Position numbers and translations under genes: made by a program. Of a DNA stretch of 64,000 nt, positions 1 through 9,822 are shown one piece after another (within the stretch, counting starts at the first letter, position 1; every line of letters starts with the position of its first letter). The stretch is from an uncultured Gemmatimonadales bacterium (GTDB taxonomy: Bacteria; Gemmatimonadota; Gemmatimonadetes; Gemmatimonadales; GWC2-71-9). Below the pieces are notes generated by a model. That model was not told where the DNA came from and ran no database searches. It saw only the letters and a list, made by a program, of their open reading frames with translations. The stretch lies in contig CAVXLC010000001.1 of the NCBI GenBank assembly GCA_963762545.1, positions 372,546 through 436,545 on the forward strand, in the 5' to 3' direction.

Positions 1-2
1 GC

Positions 3-572
3 GCCGACCTTCGGGCCGGCCTGTACACGGCGGCCGGGGGTATGGGAACGGTGGGAGTGACCCGGGGCGAGCTGCGCAGCGTGCCCGCGGTCGCGTTCGG
101 GGTGGATGTCCGGTCGCCGGGCGCACTGCTCGGGGTTCGGGTGTCGGGGACCTTCGGGGTGTCGAGCGGCACGAATTTCAGTCCTACGCCGGCGTGCACC
201 AACGCGTGCACTCCCCGCTCGATCGTCTCGGGCGGGTTCGCGGGCGTGGCCGCGGATCTCACCGCACAGCGCCAGACGACCGCGTGGACCTTCCGGCTGG
301 GCGCGGGACCGGGCGTCGTGCTCTATCACTATGGGGTCCAGGGGTTCCTCCAGCTCCAGTGCCCCAGCGGCTCGATGTGCGATGATGGGTTCCGGACCGG
401 CGATACACGAATCGCCCTGCACGTCGGGGGCCTTGCGGCCCGGCGCATGGCGGGCGTGGCGCTGGTTGTCTCCCTCGAGGACTACCTGAGCAGGCGGCTG
501 GGCGGCGGCGCCAGCCATGATCTGAGTGTTACCGTGGGGGTCGGTTTGGGATCGCTGTGGGCAAGACGGTGA
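3..572 (+). CDS. hypothetical protein, 5-prime partial (beta-rich, possibly secreted or outer membrane)
   Basis: The frame is open from the window edge to TGA at 570-572, and the first ATG is at 42. Third-position G/C bias matches neighbouring genes. The sequence is Gly/Val/Thr/Ser-rich with an alternating pattern. No family recognised. Confidence 0.4.
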   Translation, partial: ADLRAGLYTAAGGMGTVGVTRGELRSVPAVAFGVDVRSPGALLGVRVSGTFGVSSGTNFSPTPACTNACTPRSIVSGGFAGVAADLTAQRQTTAWTFRLGAGPGVVLYHYGVQGFLQLQCPSGSMCDDGFRTGDTRIALHVGGLAARRMAGVALVVSLEDYLSRRLGGGASHDLSVTVGVGLGSLWARR

Positions 573-591
573 GGCCCCGGGAGGCTCGAGC

Positions 592-1836
592 ATGAGAGCT
601 GCGTGGGCGGCGCTTGCCTTGCTGGTCACCGCCCGGTCCGTCGCCGCGCAGGTGGACCAGTCAAAGGCGGCTGCCTATTTCAGGGAAGCGGCGGTGCTCT
701 GCGAACGGGAGGGCGGCCGGCTCTGGGGTGTTTCGTTGTGCGGACCGATGGTCATCGCGGATGCGGCCACCAAGACCTACGCGACCAACCAGCCGGTGCC
801 CGACGCCAAGCTGCCCCCCGCCATCGGGTACGCCAACGCGGCGATGACCTGGGGGGACGCCCGGTGGAGCACCTTGGCCTGGCCGACCATACCGGCCGTG
901 GAGCACAGTCGCGGCCGCCTGATGCTGCACGAGTTGTTTCATCGAGTTCAGCCCCAGCTCGGACTCCTGGTGCAGGAGGGCGTCAACGAGCACCTGGATA
1001 CGCCGGACGGGCGCTACTGGCTGCAGCTCGAATGGCGCGCGTTGGCGCGAGCCCTGAGCGGTTCGGGCGCCGAACGGGACGGAGCGGTTCGGGATGCACT
1101 CGGATTCCGCGCGGCGCGGCGCGCGCGGTTCACGGGGGCGGCGGAGAGTGAGCGGCGGCTCGAGATCAACGAGGGCCTGGCGCAGTACACCGGCACCGTG
1201 GCCGCCGCGGCCTCGGTTGCCGAGGCAATCGCCGATGCGATCGAACAGCTTCGACAGGCACCCATCATCAACCAGACGCTGGTCCGGACCTTTGCCAATC
1301 CATCGGGTGCGGCCTACGGCCTGCTGCTCGACGATTGGTCGCCCGGCTGGACCCGCCGGATCACGTCGCACGACGACCTGGGCGACATGCTGACGGCCGC
1401 CTCCGGCCTCACGCCGACGGCGGGCGCCGTCTCGGCGGCGGAGCGGTACCAGGGGCCCGAGCTCCGGATCGCGGAGGACTCCCGCGAAGCGGATCGGCAG
1501 CGTCGAGTGGCCGAGCTGCGCCAACGGTTCGTCGAAGGCCCGGTCCTCGTGCTCCCGAACGGGCGCAGCAATGCCTTCATGACCAATGGGATCACGCCAA
1601 TTCCCGGCGCGGGCACGGTCTACCCATCGTTCCGGACGACCGGGGACTGGGGGAGCCTGGTCGCGGAACTCGTGCTCATGACCGGCGACCGGAAGAGCCT
1701 GGTGCTGCCGGGCCCGGCCACGGTCGAGGGCTCCTCGGTGACTGGCACTGGGTGGACCTTGATGCTGGCACCCGGCTGGGTGCTTCGACCGGGCCCGCGC
1801 GCGGGTGACTTCGAGGTCGTACCAGGACCCGGGTAA
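592..1836 (+). CDS. putative secreted HExxH metallopeptidase-like protein
   Basis: ATG at 592 follows GGGAGG. Signal-peptide-like MRAAWAALALLVTARSVAAQ. HExxH motif (MLHELFHRV). The ORF-track start at 526 adds non-signal residues and overlaps the upstream gene. Confidence 0.6.
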   Translation: MRAAWAALALLVTARSVAAQVDQSKAAAYFREAAVLCEREGGRLWGVSLCGPMVIADAATKTYATNQPVPDAKLPPAIGYANAAMTWGDARWSTLAWPTIPAVEHSRGRLMLHELFHRVQPQLGLLVQEGVNEHLDTPDGRYWLQLEWRALARALSGSGAERDGAVRDALGFRAARRARFTGAAESERRLEINEGLAQYTGTVAAAASVAEAIADAIEQLRQAPIINQTLVRTFANPSGAAYGLLLDDWSPGWTRRITSHDDLGDMLTAASGLTPTAGAVSAAERYQGPELRIAEDSREADRQRRVAELRQRFVEGPVLVLPNGRSNAFMTNGITPIPGAGTVYPSFRTTGDWGSLVAELVLMTGDRKSLVLPGPATVEGSSVTGTGWTLMLAPGWVLRPGPRAGDFEVVPGPG

Positions 1837-1893
1837 CGCCGGCCCGCAGGGTCCCGAAGGCGCGAGCTCCCGCCGCGCGGTACATTGCGGGCC

Positions 1894-3525
1894 ATGACCA
1901 CCCGCCGCGATTTCGTCTCCTCCACCGGCCTGGGCCTCGCCGCACTCGGCCTCCCGGCGCTTCACCTTCACTCCGCCGCGTCCTACGACCTCATCGTCCG
2001 GGGCGCCGCCGTCTTCGGCGGCGCGGGCGCGCCGGGGGCCGAGATGGATGTCGGTGTCCGGGCCGGGCGCATCGCGGCGGTGGCCCGGAAGCTCTCGGCC
2101 AAGGGCACCGACGAGATCGACGGCAGGGGCCTGGCGCTGGCGCCCGGCTTCATCGACATCCACTCCCACGCCGATGGTGGGCTGGCGGCCGATCCGGCCG
2201 CCGAATCGGTGGTCCGGCAGGGAGTGACCACGGTGGTGGTGGGGCAGGACGGCGGGTCTCACGTGCCGGCAGAAGATGGCACCACCTCGTTCCAGAAGTA
2301 TTTCGCGCGGGTCGAGGCGATGCCCAGCGCGGTCAATGTCGCGACCATGGTGGGGCTGGGTCAGGTGCGGCGGGTCGTGGTGGGAGAGGCCAACCGGCCC
2401 GCGACGGCGAAGGAGCTGGCGCGGATGACCGCCCTGGTGGAGGCGGCGCTGGCGAGCGGTGCCTGCGGGGCGAGCACCGGGCTGGAGTATTCCCCGGGCG
2501 CCTTCGCGACGCAGGCGGAGCTCATCGCGCTCTGCCGGCCGCTCCGGGTGCGCCGGCTTCCCTACGCCACCCACATGCGGAACGAGGACGATACCCTCCT
2601 CGAGGCCATCGACGAGAGCATCGCGATCGCCCGGGGGGCGCGGTGTCCGCTGCAGATTTCCCATCTCAAGACGGCCGGCGCCCGCAACTGGGGCAAGATC
2701 GACGCGGTGTTCGCGCGGATCGGGGCGGCGGAGAAAGCCGGGCTCGACGTCACCTTCGACCGGTATCCCTACATCGCCTGGAGCACCGGGCTCACCAACA
2801 TGTTTCCGGTCTGGGCGCTGGACGGCGGGGATGAGCCGTTCCTCAAGCGGCTGGACGATTCGGCCACGGCGGCCAGGATCCGGACCGAATCGGAGGACAA
2901 GGCGGCCCTGATCGGCGGGTGGCACAACGTGCAGCTCGCGAGCGTCAAGGCCGCGACGGACAGCGGCGCGGTGGGCCAGCGGCTGGACGACTGGGGCAAG
3001 GCGCGGGGGCTCGCGCCCTACGAGGCGGCCGTGGCGCTGCTCAAGCACAGCACCACCAATGTGAGCACGGTGGTGTTCGGGATGAGCGAGGAGAATCTGG
3101 AGCGGTTCCTGGCGCACCCCAAGTGCATGATCTGCAGCGACGGCGGCGCGTTCGCGGTGAGCGGGCCGGCGCGGAGCGGGCGGCCGCATCCGCGCGGGCT
3201 CGGCACGTTTCCGCGGGTGCTGGGTCGCTACGTCCGAGAGCGGAAGGTGATCACACTGGCGCAGGCGATGGACAAGATGACGGCGATGCCGGCCCGGCGG
3301 CTGCGCCTGGCGGGGCGGGGGAGGATCGCGGCGGGGGCCTGGGCGGATCTTGTGCTGTTCGATCCGGCGACGGTAGCGGACCGGGCGACGTTCGAGGATC
3401 CGTTTCAGTATCCGGCCGGCATTCCGACCGTGGTGGTGAACGGGAAGATCGCGCTCCGGGATGGGGAGCGAGTGGGAAAGGGGAGCGGGAAGGCATTGCG
3501 GGTTGGGAAATCGTCCTCGAACTGA
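1894..3525 (+). CDS. N-acyl-D-amino-acid deacylase (D-aminoacylase) family amidohydrolase
   Basis: Twin-arginine-like leader MTTRRDFVSSTGLGLAALGL. Metal-binding FIDIHSHAD motif and a later ICSDGG segment are typical of D-aminoacylase-type amidohydrolases. ATG at 1894 is preferred over TTG at 1885. Confidence 0.8.
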   Translation: MTTRRDFVSSTGLGLAALGLPALHLHSAASYDLIVRGAAVFGGAGAPGAEMDVGVRAGRIAAVARKLSAKGTDEIDGRGLALAPGFIDIHSHADGGLAADPAAESVVRQGVTTVVVGQDGGSHVPAEDGTTSFQKYFARVEAMPSAVNVATMVGLGQVRRVVVGEANRPATAKELARMTALVEAALASGACGASTGLEYSPGAFATQAELIALCRPLRVRRLPYATHMRNEDDTLLEAIDESIAIARGARCPLQISHLKTAGARNWGKIDAVFARIGAAEKAGLDVTFDRYPYIAWSTGLTNMFPVWALDGGDEPFLKRLDDSATAARIRTESEDKAALIGGWHNVQLASVKAATDSGAVGQRLDDWGKARGLAPYEAAVALLKHSTTNVSTVVFGMSEENLERFLAHPKCMICSDGGAFAVSGPARSGRPHPRGLGTFPRVLGRYVRERKVITLAQAMDKMTAMPARRLRLAGRGRIAAGAWADLVLFDPATVADRATFEDPFQYPAGIPTVVVNGKIALRDGERVGKGSGKALRVGKSSSN

Positions 3526-3547
3526 GCCTTGAATCCTCGGAGCCTGT

Positions 3548-5650
3548 ATGCGACAGCTGCCGCGTCTCCTTGCCCTCCTCGCATTCGGCGCTTCGATGCC
3601 GGCGGCGATGGCGGCCCAGAAGCCCCCCGCCGATCCCTACCTCTGGCTGGAAAACGTCACCAGCCCGCGGTCGATGGCCTGGGTCCATGCCCGGAACGCG
3701 GCGACGGAGGCGGTCCTCACCAGGTCGCCGCTGTACCAGCCGATCTTCGACCGGATCAAGCAGATCATGGACTCGAAGGACAAGATCGCGTATCCCCGGA
3801 TCATCGGCGACCGGATCTACAACTTCTGGCAGGACCAGGAGCATCAGCGCGGCATCTGGCGGCGGACCAGCTGGAACGACTACAGCAGCGGCTCGCCGAC
3901 CTGGGAAACCGTGCTCGACGTGGACGCGCTGAGCAAGGCCGAGGGGGTCACCTGGTCGTTTGCCGGCGCCGACTGTCTCGAGCCGGAGAACCAGCGTTGC
4001 CTGGTCGCCCTCGCGCGGGGCGGCTCGGACGCCAACGTGGTGCGGGAGTTCGACCTCGGCTCCCGGCAATTCGTGGCCGGCGGCATCGGGCTCCCCGAGG
4101 CCAAGTCGGACATCACCTGGCTGGACCGGAACACGGTGCTGGTGGGCACCAACTTCGGGCCCGGCAGCATGACCACGTCCGGTTATCCGCGCATGCTCAA
4201 GCGCTGGAAGCGCGGCACGCCGCTCTCCTCCGCCGAAACGGTGCTCGAGGTGCCCGCGAGCCACGTGTCGGTCGGCTCCTTCAGTTACGAGGAGAACGGC
4301 CGGCGCTACGTTCGCATCACCGACGGCGAGACCTTCTACACCAACGTCGCCTACCTCTATGAGCAGGGCAAACTGGTGAAGCTCGATCGGCCCGAAGACT
4401 CCGACGTCTACCTGAGGCTCGGGCAGGTGATCGTGTATGTGCGGGATCCCTGGACCGTGGGGGGAACGACCTGGGGCACCGGTTCCCTGGTGGCGATGAA
4501 GCTGGATGATTTTCTGGCCGGCAAGCGCGCCTTTTCCCTCATCATGCAGCCCGGTCCGCGCGAGACGATCCGGGGCGTCTCCGCCACGAAGGACTACCTG
4601 CTCGTCGGCGTGCTCAACAACGTGCAGGGCGAGATTCGCCGGTATCACCCCGGTGCGGACGGCGCCTGGACCTACGGCACGGTGCCGGTTCCGGGGCTGG
4701 GTGACATCAGGGTGGCCGCCAGCGCGACCACGACCAACCGGTTCTTCTTCGATTTCGCCAATTTCGTTCAGCCGACGACCCTCTACGCCAGTCTCGAGGA
4801 TGGCAGCGTCGCCGAGGTGAAGCGGCTGCCCGCCCAGTTTGACGCGACCGGTTTGCAGGTGGAGCAGCGGGAGGCGACCTCGAAGGACGGCACCAAGGTG
4901 CCCTTCTTCCTGGTGCACCGCGAGGGCATGGCGCTCGACGGCAACAACCCCACGCTGCTCTACGCCTACGGCGGGTTCGAGATTTCCATGACCCCGTCCT
5001 ATGCCGCCACGCAGGGCGCGGCGTGGCTCGAGCGCGGCGGGGTGTACGTCCTGGCGAATCTGAGGGGCGGAGGAGAGTTCGGCCCGCAATGGCACCGGGC
5101 CGGGCTCAAGGAGAACCGGCAGCGCATCTACGACGATTTTGCCGCCGTGTCCGAAGAGCTGATCCGCGAGCGGGTGACGTCTCCGGCGCGTCTCGGCATC
5201 ATGGGCGGGAGCAATGGGGGGCTGCTCATGGGGGTGGCCCTGACCCAGCGTCCTGACCTCTACAAGGCGGTCGTCATCGAGAACCCGCTGCTCGACATGA
5301 AGCGCTACAGCCACCTGCTGGCCGGGGCGAGCTGGATGGGAGAGTATGGCGATCCCGACAAGCCGGAGGAGTGGAGCTACATCTCCAAGTACTCTCCCTA
5401 TCAGAACCTCAAGGCCGGGACCACCTATCCGACGGTGCTGTTCACCACCACGACCCGGGATGACCGGGTGCACCCCGCCCACGCGCGCAAGATGGCAGCC
5501 AAGATGCAGGCGATGGGGATTCCCTTCTACTACTTCGAGAACACCGAAGGAGGGCACGGTGCCGGCGTCACCAGCGCCCAGCGGGCGAAGACGCTGGCCC
5601 TGACCTACGCCTACCTCTGGAAGCAGCTGGGCGGCGCCCTGACGCCGTGA
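3548..5650 (+). CDS. prolyl oligopeptidase family (S9) serine peptidase
   Basis: 700 aa with signal peptide MRQLPRLLALLAFGASMPAAMA. N-terminal propeller-like half. C-terminal alpha/beta-hydrolase half with nucleophile motif GGSNGGLL, a RDDRVHP segment and terminal GGHG. Confidence 0.85.
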   Translation: MRQLPRLLALLAFGASMPAAMAAQKPPADPYLWLENVTSPRSMAWVHARNAATEAVLTRSPLYQPIFDRIKQIMDSKDKIAYPRIIGDRIYNFWQDQEHQRGIWRRTSWNDYSSGSPTWETVLDVDALSKAEGVTWSFAGADCLEPENQRCLVALARGGSDANVVREFDLGSRQFVAGGIGLPEAKSDITWLDRNTVLVGTNFGPGSMTTSGYPRMLKRWKRGTPLSSAETVLEVPASHVSVGSFSYEENGRRYVRITDGETFYTNVAYLYEQGKLVKLDRPEDSDVYLRLGQVIVYVRDPWTVGGTTWGTGSLVAMKLDDFLAGKRAFSLIMQPGPRETIRGVSATKDYLLVGVLNNVQGEIRRYHPGADGAWTYGTVPVPGLGDIRVAASATTTNRFFFDFANFVQPTTLYASLEDGSVAEVKRLPAQFDATGLQVEQREATSKDGTKVPFFLVHREGMALDGNNPTLLYAYGGFEISMTPSYAATQGAAWLERGGVYVLANLRGGGEFGPQWHRAGLKENRQRIYDDFAAVSEELIRERVTSPARLGIMGGSNGGLLMGVALTQRPDLYKAVVIENPLLDMKRYSHLLAGASWMGEYGDPDKPEEWSYISKYSPYQNLKAGTTYPTVLFTTTTRDDRVHPAHARKMAAKMQAMGIPFYYFENTEGGHGAGVTSAQRAKTLALTYAYLWKQLGGALTP

Positions 5651-5675
5651 CGACCCGCGCCGCCCCCGACGCGAT

Positions 5676-7611
5676 TCACTTGACGAAGTTCAGCTTCTTC
5701 ATCAGTGCCACGAACCGCGGTTCCGCGCGGAGCGGATCGAAGATGGCATCCCGTCCGAGCCACGCCATCATCTGGGAGTCGCCAGCGAGCGCCCGCTCGA
5801 GGTTGTCGAGCGCTCGCGCGTGGTCGCCGAGGCCCAGATACACGAGCGCCAGATTGAACGGCAGCACCCGACCACCAGCCGACAGCTTCTTGAGTGCTTC
5901 GAGCTCTGCCATCGCGCGGCTCCGATCGCCCGCCGCCCCGTACGCGTAGGCGAGATACGCGGTCACGAAGGGAGGGGCGCCCATCGTCGTCGCTTTCTCG
6001 ATGAACGGGATCGCCTCGCGGAACTCTCCGGCATCGAGGCCGCTCCAGCCTTCCAGCATGACGGGAAAGAAATAGGTGGGATCGAGCTCCCCCGCCTTTC
6101 TCGCCAACTCCCTGGTCGTCTTGAAGTCCTTCGCGAACACAGGGGCCATGGCGGCATCGACCAGCACCTGCGGGGACAACGGATCCAGCTCGGCCGCGTG
6201 CCGGCTTTCCGCGACGGATTCATCGAATCGTCCGGTGAACGCCAGCGCCATGGCGAACTGATCGTGCGCAAAGGCGTAGTTCGGGTTGAGCTGAATCGCC
6301 CGCCGGAATTCGCGCTCGCAACCGGCCCAGTCGAATTCGTAGAAGAGCTTGAAGGTGGCGAGTGACGTGTACGCCTCGGCCGAATTGCCGTCCAACTGCA
6401 CCGCCCTCTCGGCGGCTGCTTTGGCCTTGGGCCTTGCCTCGGAGGCGGTCAGGAACCCCTCGTTATAGCCGGCCCAGAGGTACGCGTCCGACAACCCCGA
6501 GTATGCCGGGGCGAACGCCGGACTCAGCCTCACGGCCTCTTCGAACTGGGCAATCGCCTTTTGCAGGTTCTCGTCGCTCGGACGGTTGAAGAAATAGCGG
6601 CCCTTGAGATAGGCATCGTGGCCTTCCGGATTCACACTCGGCGCGGTCGTGAGCCGTGAGTGCTCGTCGGGCGTCAGGCGCACGTTGATCTCGCGCGCGA
6701 TCGCCGACGCAAGCTCGGCTTGCAGCGCCAGCACGTCGCTCGAGCTGCGCTCGAAGCTCTTGGCCCACAAGTGCTTGTCCGCCCGGGCGTCGATCAACTG
6801 GGCGGTGATCCGGACTTTGTCGCCGGATCGGGTCACCGAACCCTCCACCACCGCATCCACGTCGAGCGTCTTCGCGATCTCCGGCGTGGCCGGGCGGTTC
6901 CTGCCCCGGAACTGCATCGCCGAGCCGCGCGACGTGACCCGGAGCTGGCTGATGGTCGCGAGAGCGGCCGTCAACTCATCGGTCATCCCTTCGGCAAAGT
7001 ACTCCTGGGTGGAATCTCCCGAGTAATTGTCGAGCGGCAGGACGGCAATCGAGCGAATCACGGCGGGCTGGTTCGCATGGCCAGCGGCGGATGAGGGCCG
7101 CCGGAGGATTCCCGACCGGGCGACCGCGAACGCGCCAGCCACGCCGAGGATGGCGAGAACGACGGTACCCCGCCGCCGCGCCGGGCCCGTGGCCGGCCCG
7201 CGCTTCGGTTCGCTGCCCGGGGTGGCCGGCGGCTCCGGCGCCGTGAGCGCATCGGCGAACTGGCGCGCGCTCGAGAACCGATCCGTCGGCGCCTTCGCCA
7301 AGGCCCGCATCACGGCGGTGTCGAGTGACGGCGGCACGACGTCGCGCACCACCCGCAATGACGTCGGGCGTTCCGTCATCAGCTTCGCGATCATCGTACG
7401 TGCCGTGGGACCGTTCAGGGGCGGCTCTCCCCACGCCCAGCACGGCAGCGAGCTCCGGCTTGAGCACCTTGACGGCAACCCGTCGGTCGTGCTTGAGGTC
7501 GTGGGCCAGGTAGACCGTGGCCATTCCGCCCTCGCCGAGCTCCCGTTCGAGGCGGTAGCGGTCGGCGAGTGCCGCCCTCAGTTGTTCCAGGGATGTTGGA
7601 AGCTCGGTCAC
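5676..7611 (-). pseudogene. Ser/Thr protein kinase with TM, periplasmic IAVLP module and TPR sensor; catalytic core deleted and frame-shifted
   Basis: The frame ending at 7611 gives LGEGGMATVYLAHD..RRVAVKVLKPELAAVLG (Gly-loop and VAVK Lys) and then junk. The ORF 5676..7478, one base out of frame, begins with kinase C-lobe tail GEPPLNGPTARTMIAKLMTERP..RALAKAPTDRF. A TM helix, IAVLPLDNYSGD..YFAEGMTDEL and TPRs follow. No HRD, DFG or APE motif in any frame. Confidence 0.6.
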
Positions 7612-7952
7612 GCTGATCCTGTCGGGGGCCTGAACGCTGTAGCTTACCCGGCTGCGCGAAATGCGGCCAGCGCGTCGCCGGCGCTGAAGGATTCTTCATA
7701 CCTCGTCAAGAAGGTCGCGTCAGCCACGCCAGCCAATGTGGCGGATATCGGCCGAACCCGTGCGAGTTCGGCAGGTGCCCGGGCCGGAAAGCCGCTCGGA
7801 AGTGTGAAGTCCATGCTGCCCAACGAATATGACGCGTACCTCTACGACGTGCGGCGGGACTGCTGGCCAAGGGGTATCCCTACCGCCCGTGAAATCATGA
7901 AGCCTCGCCGTGAACCATGAAGCCACGCCGAGGCACGTGAGTTGCCACTCGT

Positions 7953-8930
7953 GTGCGGCTCTGGCAGCCTCTTACAGGGAGACGGACTTTGACCACTCGA
8001 CCCAACCGCAGGAGAACGCTGCGGGGACTGAGTTCGCTCGCGGCCGGGGGCATCCTGGTGCTGGGCCTTTCGGCGCTCCTGGTCGGGATGGCGGCGGTGC
8101 CTCCCGCGGCCCCCCGGTCCGACGCACACTCAGACAGCGCGCGCTCACTGTTGCCGAGTTTCCTGGGCCGGAGCGGAAACCTCCGGTCGATCCTGGCGAC
8201 TCCCGAGCAGGCCGCGGTGAATCCAGTGATGCGGGTGTTGCTCGCTCCGGTTCACAACCTGGCACCGGGCATTCGTCTGCTCGGGGTGACCGCACCGGAT
8301 GGCGATCAAGTGAATTTCCTGGGACTGATCCCGTTCCGCGCCAAGGCAGGCGCCCGGTTGGGGGGCTACAACATCGGTTTCTGGCCGGGGGAATCGGGCC
8401 GCAAGACCCGGTGGGCGCTCCCGGAGGGTTTCATCGAAGTCACTCGGGCCAACGAGGCGACCCCGGTGTCGAAGCGATTTCGGCTCGCCGATTTCCTGAC
8501 CCATGACCAGCAGGACGTGTGGCCCAAGTATCTGGTGCTGCAGCCGAGGCTGCTGGACAAGCTGGAGCTCATCGGGGAGGCGCTGGAGCATGCGGGCCTC
8601 TCGTCGAGGCTCCACGTGATGTCGGGCTTCCGGACCCCGCAATACAACGCCAAGGGCGTCGGGCCCAAGGGCGGCCGGTCCAAGGACAGCCAGCACATGT
8701 ACGGCGACGCCGCCGACGTGTTCGTGGACGCAGACGGGAACGGCGTCATGGACGACCTCGACGGCGATGGTCGCACGACCTTCGCGGATGCCCAGTTCCT
8801 GGAGCGCATTGCCGAGCGGGTCGAAGCGGCGCACCCGGACCTGGTGGGTGGGCTCGGGCTCTACCGCGCCACCAGTGCGCACGGCCCGTTCGTGCATGTG
8901 GACGCGCGAGGCTACCGAGCCCGCTGGTAG
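7953..8930 (+). CDS. peptidase M15A / DUF882 (YcbK/MepK-like) family protein
   Basis: Arg-rich leader with TM (NRRRTLRGLSSLAAGGILVLGLSALLV). Zn-binding pattern SQHMYGDAADV and terminal FVHVDARG. The start is uncertain: GTG at 7953 or in-frame TTG at 7989. Confidence 0.7.
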   Translation: MRLWQPLTGRRTLTTRPNRRRTLRGLSSLAAGGILVLGLSALLVGMAAVPPAAPRSDAHSDSARSLLPSFLGRSGNLRSILATPEQAAVNPVMRVLLAPVHNLAPGIRLLGVTAPDGDQVNFLGLIPFRAKAGARLGGYNIGFWPGESGRKTRWALPEGFIEVTRANEATPVSKRFRLADFLTHDQQDVWPKYLVLQPRLLDKLELIGEALEHAGLSSRLHVMSGFRTPQYNAKGVGPKGGRSKDSQHMYGDAADVFVDADGNGVMDDLDGDGRTTFADAQFLERIAERVEAAHPDLVGGLGLYRATSAHGPFVHVDARGYRARW

Positions 8931-9099
8931 GTTCCCGAGCCTCGAAAGACCGGGCGGTGACGCCATCCCGCTCCGGCGGTCTTGCCTCAGAGGGCGAACG
9001 CCACCCGGCGACCGGTGTGACTCATCCAGGCACTTCAGGGCGCCGTGGGTCTATTCGACCCATGATGTATCGTTCAACCCTCAGGGAGTACCCAAGCCA

Positions 9100-9693
9100 A
9101 TGTCACGTGCTCACGCGCTCACCGCACTCATTCTCATCGCCGGCGCGCCGCGGGCCGGCGCGCAAGGAACCCCACCGACGGGAATGCAACACCCGGCGGG
9201 CATGCAGCATGAGACACCGGGAACGCGGCCCACCCAGGGTGGGCAGGCAGCATTTGCCGCGATCCAGGAGATCGTGAGCCTCCTCGACGCCGACACCACA
9301 ACGGACTGGTCGAAGGTGAACCTCGAGGCCCTTCGGCAGCACTTCATCGACATGGATCTCGTCACGATGAAGGCCCGCGTACGTCAGTCGTCTGCCCCCG
9401 GCGGTGTGGTGCTGGACGTCACGGGCGACGCCCCGGTGAACCTGGCCATTCGCCGCATGCTTGGCGCCCACGCCCCGATGCTCGATGCGATGGCGGCGTA
9501 CCATGCCACGGCCAGTGCGATCCCTGGCGGCATGCGCATGACGGTCACCGCGCGCAACAGCGGCGATGCGCGCGCGGTTGCCCGTGTTCGCGGCCTGGGT
9601 TTCATTGGACTGATGACCGAGGGCGCGCACCACACCCCGCACCACCTGATGATCGCGCGTGGCATGGGCGCACACGCGCACGACATGCCATGA
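9100..9693 (+). CDS. secreted hypothetical protein with Met/His-rich termini
   Basis: ATG at 9100. Signal peptide MSRAHALTALILIAGAPRAGAQG. GMQHPAGMQH near the N-terminus; HHTPHH and GAHAHD at the C-terminus. The ORF-track start at 8767 overlaps the peptidase gene and is not credible. Confidence 0.55.
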   Translation: MSRAHALTALILIAGAPRAGAQGTPPTGMQHPAGMQHETPGTRPTQGGQAAFAAIQEIVSLLDADTTTDWSKVNLEALRQHFIDMDLVTMKARVRQSSAPGGVVLDVTGDAPVNLAIRRMLGAHAPMLDAMAAYHATASAIPGGMRMTVTARNSGDARAVARVRGLGFIGLMTEGAHHTPHHLMIARGMGAHAHDMP

Positions 9694-9822
9694 AAGCAGC
9701 GTCGGAGGATTCCTTGCCGCGAGCCGAGAGCCGAGACCGATGAATTGCCGGAAGGTGTCGCGAGTCCATCGTGCACTGGCACCGACTCGATGTGCCCCCG
9801 GCGATGGGCTGGCGAGCCACCG

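Noticed and set aside
42-572. Treating ORF 42..572 as a complete 176-aa gene
   Set aside because: The frame is open to the window edge with the same codon bias upstream of the ATG, and there is no RBS-like sequence before 42. It is more likely the 3-prime part of a longer gene.
661-3189. 842-aa minus-strand ORF, the largest of several long ORFs antisense to the metallopeptidase-like and D-aminoacylase genes
   Set aside because: The translation is Arg/Pro/Gly/Ala-rich low complexity with no recognisable motifs. It lies exactly antisense to two plus-strand genes with clear family signatures. Stop-free antisense frames are expected at this GC content.
3251-5557. 768-aa minus-strand ORF antisense to the prolyl oligopeptidase gene
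   Set aside because: Same reasoning: it has junk-like composition, and the plus strand carries the GGSNGG serine-peptidase signature.
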